64,000 nt of DNA from the NCBI GenBank assembly GCA_964057225.1, contig OZ059894.1, positions 7,998,001 through 8,062,000 of the forward strand, given 5' to 3'. Positions 39,959-51,342 of this stretch are shown piece after piece. The notes below the pieces were generated by a model that searched no databases, was not told the origin of the DNA, and saw nothing but the letters and a program-made list of their open reading frames with translations. This stretch comes from Auanema rhodensis (lineage: Eukaryota; Animalia; Nematoda). The first letter of the stretch is position 1. Each line of letters opens with the position of its first letter. Both the position numbers and the translations under genes were made by a program.

Positions 39959-40908
39959 TCATATTTTATTAGGAAAATAATGTAAATTTTCCCAAATATA
40001 TAAATTCTCCAATGAAGATATGAAAACCGATGATCTCATGGTTGGTTGATCTAAAAGTGTTTGGAATTCTTCTTCATTATTATAGATGACATCAGCTGTA
40101 TTAACTAGAATCCGAAATAGATAATGTAAATGTGAATATCAAGAGTAACAATCTTACTAATGCTGTATGGTGCTTGTGAATGCCATGGGAGACGTATTGG
40201 GGAAGCTGTTGGTATGAGTTTCTTTGTGGCGTTGCATGACTCTTTAGTTGTTGCAAAGAATATTTGTTCAACATTCCAATGTTCACCATTGGTAGATAGA
40301 TTTGGCTTATCCAGGCGCCAAAATAAAGAAACAGGAGTACCAGTTTCTGAAATTTTCTCATCCTTTATCTTCAAATGGAACATAAGTAAGTTACTGACTT
40401 CTCTTCAAATGGTAAAACGCTGTTCGTGGTTCACAATGTAGTGGCAGTGCTATATCATCTGTGAAGCTTGTGAAAGCTCGAACAAATCCTATTGGAACTT
40501 GAAAGTATAGTATATAAATATAACATTTCATCCATTATGTAGAAACCTTCTCCAGGCTCTTGATCAAGCATTTCTTTTCCAACTTTAATCTTGTAGTCAT
40601 GGTAATTAGCTTCTGCGTTATATTTCAGATAAATTCTTGCCTAAATTATAGCAAACTTAAATATTCACGCATCAATAAGAAAATTACATTCAAAAATTGA
40701 GTAGAAGGCAAGCTTTCGAATGGATATGGCGTGAACATCTCCAAAACAGATATTGATGATTCGCATCGTAAGCAAAAGCTTGCAATCTGTTACAGTACAA
40801 AAGTACGAGAAGCATAACAAAAAAACAAAAAACAGCGGTCAAGTAGCTTACGTGGTAGATAGGGGTAGATAAATACGATAATATAGCTTTCATATTTTTT
40901 TTAAACAT
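39959..40908 (-). CDS. Protein of unknown function, divergent paralog B of the adjacent gene
   Basis: Phase-consistent exons: ARIYLKYNAEANYHDY..QEPG, PIGFV, ESCNATKKL, LYIWE parallel paralog A. Start codon uncertain (40908 or 40893). Confidence 0.6.
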
Positions 40909-40931
40909 ATTCGATATTACACAACCGGGTA

Positions 40932-41193
40932 AACCACGCAATCCGGACCAGCTGCATGTACAGTGCTACAGCCCCGACTTATATTAACATTCGGTTGTTC
41001 CTCTCGTACATCATTCGGGTGCTGTTGTACAAGCTATAGAAGAACTGTACAGTGATTATGTTCGGAGAGAGAAAAGGGAAAGAGGAAAACAAGTCAGAAC
41101 TTCAGCAAACAATCATCTAAACGAACTAAATTGCAGCGGCGAGCCACGATGAGAGACAATCAGTCTAGGTCGTGTCCGATTGCGGTGTTGGTT
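40932..41193. ncRNA. Candidate structured RNA of unknown class
   Basis: GC-rich island with several nested complementary helices found by eye (see findings). Confidence 0.35.
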
Positions 41194-42104
41194 GGCGCAC
41201 TCGATTATAACCCCCGAAAAATCAGTTCAGAACTTATACAAAGGTTTTTGGAGAGAAAATGCTGTTATACAGTTTAGGTTTTGTTCAACTCACCCACAAC
41301 AACCTTATTATCCGCATTGTGATGAGCAAGATGTGCTAGACGTACAGATACTATACGATACGAGATATATAGCCTTATAATCTACTCTTCAATATCATTT
41401 TTTAATATTAATACTGAACTAAATGGATTTTCTGATACATATATGAGAAAATAATTTGTTGTATATTGAGCTTTTAAATATGCTTTAACGAGAATGTCAA
41501 TTATTCACAAAAAATCATATGATCAAAAATGAAGAAATAGTCAAGCTCACGTGGTGTTTTGAGCTTAAAACATACAAAAAATAGTTACATAGTTTTACGA
41601 TTCTTCTGTACTTTTGATGAGATCCAAAATAAGTACATGTAAATAGAATGTTCCTCGATGACATAATATCATTCAAATTCATATGACAAAACTTTTTTGA
41701 AAACGAATATCTCCTCGTGTAATGACGCGTGATAATACTATATATAGAGTGATCTAATAATCTTATTATTATCTTTCTTCTCTTTAAAAAGTTAATAAAA
41801 TACTTTTGAAACTAAAGGAAATACATTTCATTTTCGGAATAACTCATTCTCCATTCGATGCTTATTACAAACACAATCCTATTTTCTCTATTGAACTTGT
41901 TATATCTTACTAAAGGAAATACAAAAAGTTTAAAACATGTATCATCAGATTATTGCACTTTCTAAACGAAATGTGACAGAAAATTCTATTTATATGTTGA
42001 ACTATTCTGTCAACCTTGCCTAACATTCATTTTAATACCAAATTACCCACCTGATAAAATAAATTATACGATTAATCTTCAGAAGCTTTAACTTTATATT
42101 CAAT

Positions 42105-43582
42105 ATGTTTTATATTTGTATCGTATTGCTTACAATACCTCTACTGGTATATTCTCAATTATTCGGAAATTGCTCACAATACACAAGTTGCTTTAACTGT
42201 CTTCAAGCTAGGTTTTCTAGGTCACAATGCGAGTGAGTTGTTATACATTTCTTCCCCGAATTATCAAAAATATTGAGAATAGTTGACAGTTCGAAGCATA
42301 AAAAGTCATTTCAGATGGTGTACAACTGATAATACTTGTAGAACATATGGACTAAATCTTTGTGCCATTGAAAGCAGAATTCCTCATCCATACAATTGTC
42401 CCAAAAGAATTCTTCATGAAGTGTAAGCCTATCATAAAATATTTCAAATCATTGTAATTTCTTACAGTTATGATGAAGATTTTACTCGAGAAGTATACTT
42501 ACCTCTGATAGGTTTTGCTCAGACAACTTCAAAACCTGATGTAAATATCTAATTTTAAGTATTCTAATTGTTTAATTTAATTTTATAGTTAAACAGAAGG
42601 TTACAGACATGTTTTTATTCTGTTCAACTTGTAAATAACTATTTAATAAACTGTGATAGAACTAATTTGGTAGGTTGAAACTAAAGCTATGTTCATTCAA
42701 AGCTTTCTTTCTCTCATTTTTACAGACCACATGCTACTCATATCAAGCATATTTGCCTGATTATAATGCTATTGTCTTATCTTTTCGTGGCACCATGAAC
42801 ATATATCAAGTAACTATTACTTCAAAGAGAATCCGAGTAAAAGTGACTATAATTTCAGCTCATTGATCAAGGAATTTCTTTTTTCTTAGCAAAGAAAGTG
42901 GCTCACAAACCAACAAATGGAACAATTGATGCGTACTACTTTAAAGCTTTTAACGGTCTTTGGAATTTTGGAATGAAAACAGATTTTGAAACTCTGCTTC
43001 AAAACCACCCTGACGCAGAAATATGGGTTTGTATAGAGATTCAACTACCCACAGATAACGCAACTTTTAGACTGTTGGTCATTCACTCGGAGGAGGGTTA
43101 GCTTCAATAGCAGCTACACATATTTCATATTATTATAATGCATCAGATAGACTGAAGCTTACAACATTTGGACAGCCACGAGTCGGAAACATTGATTTCG
43201 CAATTGGTCATGATAGATTGGTACAATTTGAACATTAAAATATTTTATAGCTGTTCGATTCAGGTACCAAATTCAATTCGAATCATAAATAGATATGATC
43301 CTGTTGCTTCTGTACCTCGTCGTTCATTTTCTCGAACAACTTGGTCTGGAGCATTTCATCACAGATATGAAGTAAAATTTAACACTGGGATCTTGACTTG
43401 ATACATCATTATAGATTTGGTATCCTTTCTCCATGTTGAATGGACCCTATGTAATCGACAGAAAAGCTGATGCTGTATCTTTTTCAACGTCATTAAGAAA
43501 CATGGGCGATCATTTAAACTATTTTGGCGTGAACTTGGACAGATTTCATAAAGTAGGATGTCGATATAGACTGCCTAGTTGA
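42105..43582 (+). CDS. Secreted class 3 lipase with N-terminal Cys-rich (PSI-like) module
   Basis: Signal peptide; IVLSFRGT; GHSLGG; TFGQPRVGN; RYDPVASVP; DHLNYFG, giving a Ser-Asp-His triad. Confidence 0.92.
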
Positions 43583-44088
43583 AATTTCTGATGAAACCGT
43601 AAACTATATCGCACATCCTTCATACAAAGAACTGTTCAAGCGATCATTCCTATCAAGCTTGTCCTGAAATCATGGACTTCACATGAATGGTAAAGCGATT
43701 TCAATGAATTGGTCACATTTGGAAGATTATATTCGTTCTAGTAATGAACCTTTGAATGTTCTTCGTTTCGTTATCACCTCGTTATCTTTTTTTAGATTTT
43801 TCATTTTTCAAAGAACAATCACATAAAGAATGAGCAAAGTAATCTTTGAACTTTTGGAAACAAAAATGTTAGAATGTGTTGTTGTTATACTTAATATAAT
43901 ACGTTAACTTGTAGTACATAAACTTTCTTTTCAAACAAGCTTACCAAGGAATTTAACACCTGAGACAAGCCTATGTGCAACATGAACTTGAGCCATGAAA
44001 ATCATTTTCTGATTACAATCAGTTTCCTATCTCAGCTTCCAAAAATTGTATAAAAGCTCTTGAATTTGGTCGTTATCACAATCCAGTC

Positions 44089-44639
44089 ATGTATAGAAAC
44101 CTTGTCCTTCTAGCTATAATAGGTAAGAAGTCATGGAAGACCGTGTTCAGAACTTATGTTTTGATTTCCAGCTGCTACTGCTTACGCTATCGTCATTCCA
44201 AGCCACGATGATGTAGCCCTGCCCAGTTCAACATGCACGAACTGTCTATGCCAAAAGGAAACAGGATGCCAGCCTGTTGGATGTAAATTAGTTAATGGAA
44301 CAACTAAATGTGGATTTTTCCTAATTGATTTGCAATACTATCATGATTGTGGTGCACCTTGGTTCAATCCAGACATGCCTCCACCACAAAACTTAATGAG
44401 ATGTGCCAATAATATCGGTTGTGCTACCTTTTGTGTCCAGGTAAATCCAAACTTTTATCGAATTTAACATTTTTTTTTCTTAGAATTACTACAAGAGATA
44501 CGCTTCTAACTGTCCCTCAACTATGAGTCCTTGCGAAAGTTTAACTCGTATTCACCAAGGAGGTCCAAATGGATGCACCAACCCCGCTACCCAAACTCTT
44601 GCTAATGATGTCAAATCATGCTGTACAACAAAGTGCTGA
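44089..44639 (+). CDS. Invertebrate-type (destabilase family) lysozyme, copy 1
   Basis: Signal peptide; CLCQKETGC, KCGFFLI, YYHDCG, CATFCVQNYYKRY, RIHQGGPNGC; three exons; TATAAAA at 44049. Confidence 0.9.
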
Positions 44640-45694
44640 TCTCAATTGATATTTCGATATTAATTTGGAATATTTGTGTTTTTAAACTTTGAAAAAATAA
44701 AAAATTCGTTTATAAACAGAATGTTTACCTTATATGATACCTCTTGCAAACCGTAATATATTTAAATATTGAATCTATATTTGTTAAAAACTGCAAGTTA
44801 TAGTCAAATTGTTACTTTAAATACAAAAATTTAGAAATAGGCACTCATGTTTTTGGTTAAGATCACAAACTTATATGAAGAATGGCTGAATTCAAGATCA
44901 TACTTCCATTTTCAATTAATCCCTGTCTACCACAAGAAACTGAGAAATAAAAAACAAAAATATGAAGCCTACGATAAAACATTGTGTAACATATTATATT
45001 AATTCTCTGTTACAAAAGAAAACAATTATATTTTATTCAGCTCATAGTACAAAGGAGATGAATCGTAATTGGCTAACTAATTGGTTAACTGCCATCACTG
45101 TAGGCTTGTCATGGTGTCAAACCATCATACGATCTACATTCAAAACACCTGCTTTACAAACTATACTTTGAAAAAAGTTGTTACAAGCTTGAAAATTATT
45201 CAATTTCTTATCTAGCTCCTCAATTAAATAGCATAGAAATATACTTGCAATTTAATGATGCTATCATCGAAAACGTTGATTATGTGATAAACTGAATCGT
45301 AAATAAGCCTTTTGTATATATTTTGGTAGACAAAAAGACCAAGAGAAGGAAGGGCAATTCTGATCAAGAAAAGCTGATTTTTAATTGTTTATCATGTCGT
45401 TATCTTATTATAGAATTGCATGCTCGAAAGAACAATCACATAAAGAAAACTCAATTATGTCAGCGTTTAAAGCTATAAAACAACACTAAGTTTGGTAAAA
45501 TGTTAACCTCTAGTATACATTAACTTTCTTATGTCGCTATAAAGCTTACCAAGGAATTTAACACCTGAGACAAGCCTATGTGCAACATGAACTTGAGCCA
45601 AGAAAATCATTTTCTGATTACAATCAGTTTCCTATCTGATCTTCCCAAAAATTGTATAAAAGCTCTTGAATTTGGTCGTTATCACAATCCAGTC

Positions 45695-46243
45695 ATGTAT
45701 AGAAACCTTGTCCTTCTAGCTATAATAGGTAAGAAGTCATGGAAGACCGTGTTCAGAACTTATGTTTTGATTTCCAGCTGCTGTTACTTACGCTATCGTC
45801 CTTCCAAGCCACGATGATTTAGCCCAGCCCAGTTCGTTATGCCTTCACTGCCTATGTCAAAGAGAAACTGGATGCCAGAATGCTCCTTGTCGGCATGTGA
45901 ATGGAACTTACAAATGTGGATACTATCTTATTGATCCCACCTATTACGAAGAATGTGGTGCACCTGGATTTACCAACGAATTACCACCTCAGCAAAGTTT
46001 CGCAAGATGTGTAGGCACTATTAATTGTGCTACTACTTGTGTCCAGGTAAATCCAAACTTTTATCGAATTTAACATTTTTTTCTTAGAATTACTACAAGA
46101 AATACGCTTCTAACTGTCCCTCAACTATGAGTCCTTGCGAAAAATTAACTCGTATTCACCAAGGAGGTCCAAATGGATGCAACAACCCCGATACCAAACC
46201 AATTGCTAATGATGTCAAATCATGCTGTACAACAAAGTGCTGA
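45695..46243 (+). CDS. Invertebrate-type lysozyme, copy 2
   Basis: CLHCLCQRETGC, KCGYYLI, CATTCVQNYYKKY, RIHQGGPNGC; same exon structure as copy 1. Confidence 0.9.
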
Positions 46244-48565
46244 TCTCAATTGATATTTCGATATTAATTTGGAATATTTGTGTTTTTAAACTTTGAAAAA
46301 ATAAAAAATTCGTTTAAAAATTCATATATGATATTTTCAAATCCAAAAGGATAACATAATCAGAAAAATAAAGTAGTTCATTCAATAACTGTTTTGAATT
46401 TTTCGAAAGTATTCTTGCTTATGAACTATTATTGTACTGAACTCATGACCTCTCACATACCCTTTAAACAAATAGAAAAATTTCATGTATAATAATTAAT
46501 ATGAAATAATTTATTTTGGAGTAATCCATATTATAACAAAAACATATTTTTATATATTTAAGTTAATGCTCTAAATAACAAAACAAATACTAGAGTAGGG
46601 AAGAATAGCAATAGAATATATATTCAATGATCTTATCATAAAAATCAAAAGAACATTCACATAAAAAATGTATATATGTACATAGTTTGTTCTTACACCA
46701 TATGATATCTTTTGATTCCCGCCATTTTATGATGGTTCTGATTAAAAAGTTACTATAGCTTTTCCAAAACTCCAGAGGAGGAACAACATATGAAGAAAAA
46801 CTATTTGGGTAGAAACCGAATCACTATTTGTATGTTGAGAAGATTCAAATTCAAGTCTTCTATCATCATCTTTTTGTTGTTGTAAAAACAGTATTTGTAA
46901 ATCAGAGAAAGCTATAAATTTACTTCCTTTAGATTGTATTTAAATGAAAAATTAACATAAATTTGAAATTTGCACGCCTATAGAATATATTTCCATTAAC
47001 AAATTATTTCATTTGCAACGTGGCATTCAACTCGCTACTTGGATTAGGTAAATACATTATTATTATTTTTTATTGTTTTCAATTATGTAGAATGCTTCTT
47101 ATTATTGTTTTCTTTAAGTTAAACATCCGCTAACCTTTTTCAAAATAATTTTGAACGGAAATTTCCACCTAATCTCACGCTTTAAATTTGATAATAGAAC
47201 TTTTTGATATATGTTTATTGAGCATTTTCCCGCGATCAACATTTCCGATCACTTATTCCGGAATTGAACCGGAAAAAATAAGTGGTACCCAGATCAAAAC
47301 ACATCTTTCGAAAACCTCATTAGAATAATGTTGAAAGAAAAGGTGCCATACAAGCTTAGTGATCAGTCTCCATGGTTCTCGATACTATTTCTCTTCAGCG
47401 AGTTTGAAAATATTGATTGTGTCACAGCTAATTAGAATACATCGGAAGTTTGTAGATTTTTGTGCAGAATAGTTACCGATGCACAATCCGAAACTGTTCG
47501 CTGTATTAAAAATAGTAAACGTTTATTAGTTCATAGCGCTCGTTTTCTAATTGGGTATTTTTCTATTTTTCATTTCAAATTTGGCGTGCTTGGAATTATT
47601 TAAAAATATGACGAGCCCGCTCACTTGGCTCTTTTTGATTTTTGGCGTTCGATTTTCTCTTGCGTTCTGTTTCAATTCATTTATTGATCATCTTCTCTTC
47701 GCTTGTAGTTGCTTTTTCTTCTAGCATCTTTATTTAATAATAAGTTTCTTCATAATATTGCACTTACATCTACACGGCTTCTTTATTAAGTTAGCTTATG
47801 CATATGAATACATAATATGTTTTGCTTGGACAACTAGTAGATCAAACATGTAGTAGATATCCATTTATTAATATGCTACTTTAGTTGATCTTTGTAATGT
47901 AGTCTGATAATTGATCAAAATTTTTTTCTGATGGGCATATGTAGGTAGATTATCGATATATCTTACCCATCTAATTATGTACGATTTTTTACTTTTGAAT
48001 CACTTTCATATTTATACACTGTTTTTGAAGAATCTTAGAATATATTACGTTTATAATTAATTCTGACTCTTCACTAATTAGATTGCAAAAATTTATGGTT
48101 TCTCGCATCTCAACTTGTCTTAAATCGCGCCCTGTTGCTATTATTCACAGGGGCGCTAATATATGTTTTTTGAATTAATCTAGTCCTGAGAAGAACTTAC
48201 CGATTTCAATTATTCCATTAATGGATTCATTTGTTCATATATGTGCAGCTTTAGGATTCGGTAGGGATAAGCTCTTCATTGAGATTAACTGATTTTAGTA
48301 ATCTTGTTATCTCTCCAAGCTCTCACCTTGAAGTTTACTGTAGACGAAGGAAATATAGGATGATGTTTTGTTACCAATTGGGTAGGGTACAGTTGTAGCA
48401 ATAATTTGTCAGTTTCATAAGCAGCCCTATTAACCATACGCTTAACACATTATTATTATGTTTTGTTTATCTTTCAATGTGCTGCTTTTTGGAATGTATT
48501 ATATCAAAAGTTCCCTAAAATTATAATTTACATTCTGGGAATTTCAGATTAATATTTATGTCGAT

Positions 48566-50655
48566 ATGTCAAATATCTTGGCTGAGCGCGGCCATGTAGA
48601 AATCAAGGAGGAAGAAGATAATTCGAGAGACTCTGGTATTTATAATGCTTATATAACTCTAACTGTCTTCTGATCATAGGATTTTCCTCTGGACGTGCCT
48701 CGCCAGATCCTAACAATGCTGAAAAATTTACTAACGTTCGATTAGATGACTGTGCCAGGGTAATATTATGATTTCTTCTTGTTGCTGACAAGCTTTTAGG
48801 GCGCGGATAGCGATCAGTTGGACATGTTTTGTGAGTTCGGATTCGAAAACACTAGGGTGGAAGAGCGTGTTTATAAGACCCAGGTTCTCGAGATAATATG
48901 TTTGATTTATGAATCATAATGTTTAGGTTACTCATCGCATTCCTCTTGCGGATTGTACTAACACAAGTTATTCCAGTCAAAGTAGTAACAGAAGGTATAT
49001 TAAGCAAAGTTTTCATGCATTGCTTATCATTTCAGTTTTACAACAAACTCTAGAAGCATGAAACAATGGATTGATTCCCCCCTGACTACTGTTTGTACTC
49101 AACCGGAGCCTAGACTTCTTTCGTTCTCGATGTTTGATTCAAATTCTGATATATCATTCTGTGATCATTCTCAACGTTTCACCGTATTAGATGAAGTGAG
49201 TGAAAGCCGAAGCGGAAGACTATAGACTTCTGCTCAGAATGACGGATGTGGTACTCGCTCGCAGCCTCTTCGACGGACTATGAGTGAACATAAAGATCGA
49301 CCGCAGAGAAAACGCAGTATTGAAACTAGAGCGGAAATGGAAAATAAACGAAAGAAGAGTTCTCCATCGAATGTGGAAGATTTAGATGTTCGTCTAGAGT
49401 CGAAATTTTCTTCCATTCTCCGTGTTCAGATTGACTTTGACGAAAGTGTTTTTACGGTGGACGATGATTGTTCTCCAAACCTGTCTACTTGGTCTCTAGC
49501 TTCACAGCAACGCAGCCTTCCGAGAGCTACTAGTTGTGGAGTTCTGGAGATGGGTGAACATCACTCAAGTCCCAACTTGCCTAAAATTATGGAAGTTGTA
49601 ATGAATATAATACAATATCATCAGAGAAGTATTTCTTTTCAGGTCTACTCGTTACCCACTGTAACAAAACCCCAAACTGATTCACAGGCTTTTAAAAGCA
49701 TTTCTGCCGCTACGCTTGCAAATGAGTTGCGCAAATTAGGAGAGAAAGAATTTAGGTTTTCAATTCAATATGATTTTTCTCTAGATTTCTGTTATTATAG
49801 TGAGAGATTTACATTGGTTGATTGCCGCTATCCTTATGAATATCTTGGTGGTCATATTAAGGTAGATATGCTTCAATATATACATACAATATTATTTTTT
49901 AACAGACTGCCGTTAATATTCACGATCAGAATGAACTTGAATCTATATTTTTCCCAGTTGACTCATCTGCATCCATTCGTAAAAGAATTCCTATTTTTTA
50001 TTGCGAATACAGTCAAAAGAGAGGACCTGGAATGTACTGTAATTTTGTAAATAAGCCGCATTAAATTTTTTTTAGGGCTCATCGTCTTCGTTCCTTGGAT
50101 AGAAGTCGTAATGAGTTACATTATCCGTTAGTTGACTACAAAGAGATTTACCTTCTTGATCATGGATATAGACGCTTCTTTTCTGAGCAAACACAACAGG
50201 TTTATTATTCTTGTTTCCTTTATATAATTAATGTGATCTAAGGATCTTTGCGAGCCAATCAACTACGTGACCATGAGAGAGCCTCAACACTCGAAACAAC
50301 TTACTGCTTATAAATGGCACAAATCCAAATCTTCCCATCATTTAGATAGACAGGAGAGAGCAACTGGAGGTTTGAAGTGTAACTATTATAAGTATAATTA
50401 ATAAATTCAGGCTCTGATCGTTTTATTTCCCGCAGAAGAGCTCTCTTCACTCGTCATTTGTCAATGGGAACATTGAATGAAGTATGGTCAATTTGAAATA
50501 TTATGTAATTGTGCTTTTTTCAGGATACCACACCTTGTACCTCTCGTACTAGATCTATGGCTTCTGAGAGTTCCCTGAATGACTCTGAAGGTGGCTCGAT
50601 TGCCCAGCGTCTTAATTTTGAGATGGATAGTCCCGATAACTCTTGTTCCGAGTAG
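48566..50655 (+). CDS. cdc-25: Cdc25 cell-cycle phosphatase
   Basis: DNSRDSG N-terminus; AFKSISAATLA; LVDCRYPYEYLGGHIK; active site IFYCEYSQKRGP; LRSLDR; EIYLLDHGYRRFF. Confidence 0.93.
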
Positions 50656-51342
50656 AGGCTTTTCTTTGTTCTACGATTGTTCCATATATACCCGCAGTTT
50701 TTCTGCATATTCCTACTTGTCCCGAGATGTACTGATTACCTTTTTTAACCTACCAAAGCTAACCTGCATGAGCATCCAGTCTTGTACTCATTTACCGTTA
50801 TTTTAGAATCTCCTGTTAGATTATCTATCAGCATCTGAGTTTTACTTTTTTGATCATTTCCATTTCACCAAGTCAATTGTATATCCCACAACAACTAGTG
50901 CAGCCTTCAAGTCTTTTTGGTGCATGCCTTTTTATATATAGTTTACTCTAGTTTATCATTGTCTACCGGTAATTCCAAACAGGGTAGTATTACTAACACT
51001 ATACCTTACAAATCGCTCTTTACAAGAGTTATCCTGGTCTCAAGCTATTTGCTCATCTTGTACTATAACTCATATTCATCTCCTTTCCGATACTACTCGT
51101 TTTCTCATTACGTACTATCCTCACTTGTGCATTACACTGACTTTGTCCGGTATTATTTTTTTTGATATTCTGTTTTGAAATGATGAAACTACCAGGATTC
51201 TGTCGTTATTGACTAAGCGGTAATTTAACCGTTATATCGTTGTGTTATTGTTTGTGAATATATTAGCATTATAAGTTTATAGGATATTAAGTTGTAGTGG
51301 TGCTAGGTTATAAAACTATTTGGTAGAATTTTTGGTGAATTG

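Larger units (their letters stand above)
43935..46315 (+). repeat. Tandem duplication of a ~780 bp lysozyme unit (about 43935-44712 and 45541-46315)
   Basis: Near-identical upstream ~150 bp, exon 1, both introns and 3' flank. Confidence 0.95.

Noticed and set aside
47667-47674. CTGTTTCA piRNA (Ruby) motif
   Set aside because: Isolated occurrence; other matches lie in coding exons; no cluster.
48799-48882. GC-richer stretch with gttcgg/ttcga resembling a tRNA remnant
   Set aside because: It is an in-phase cdc-25 exon (GADSDQLDMFCEFGF...).
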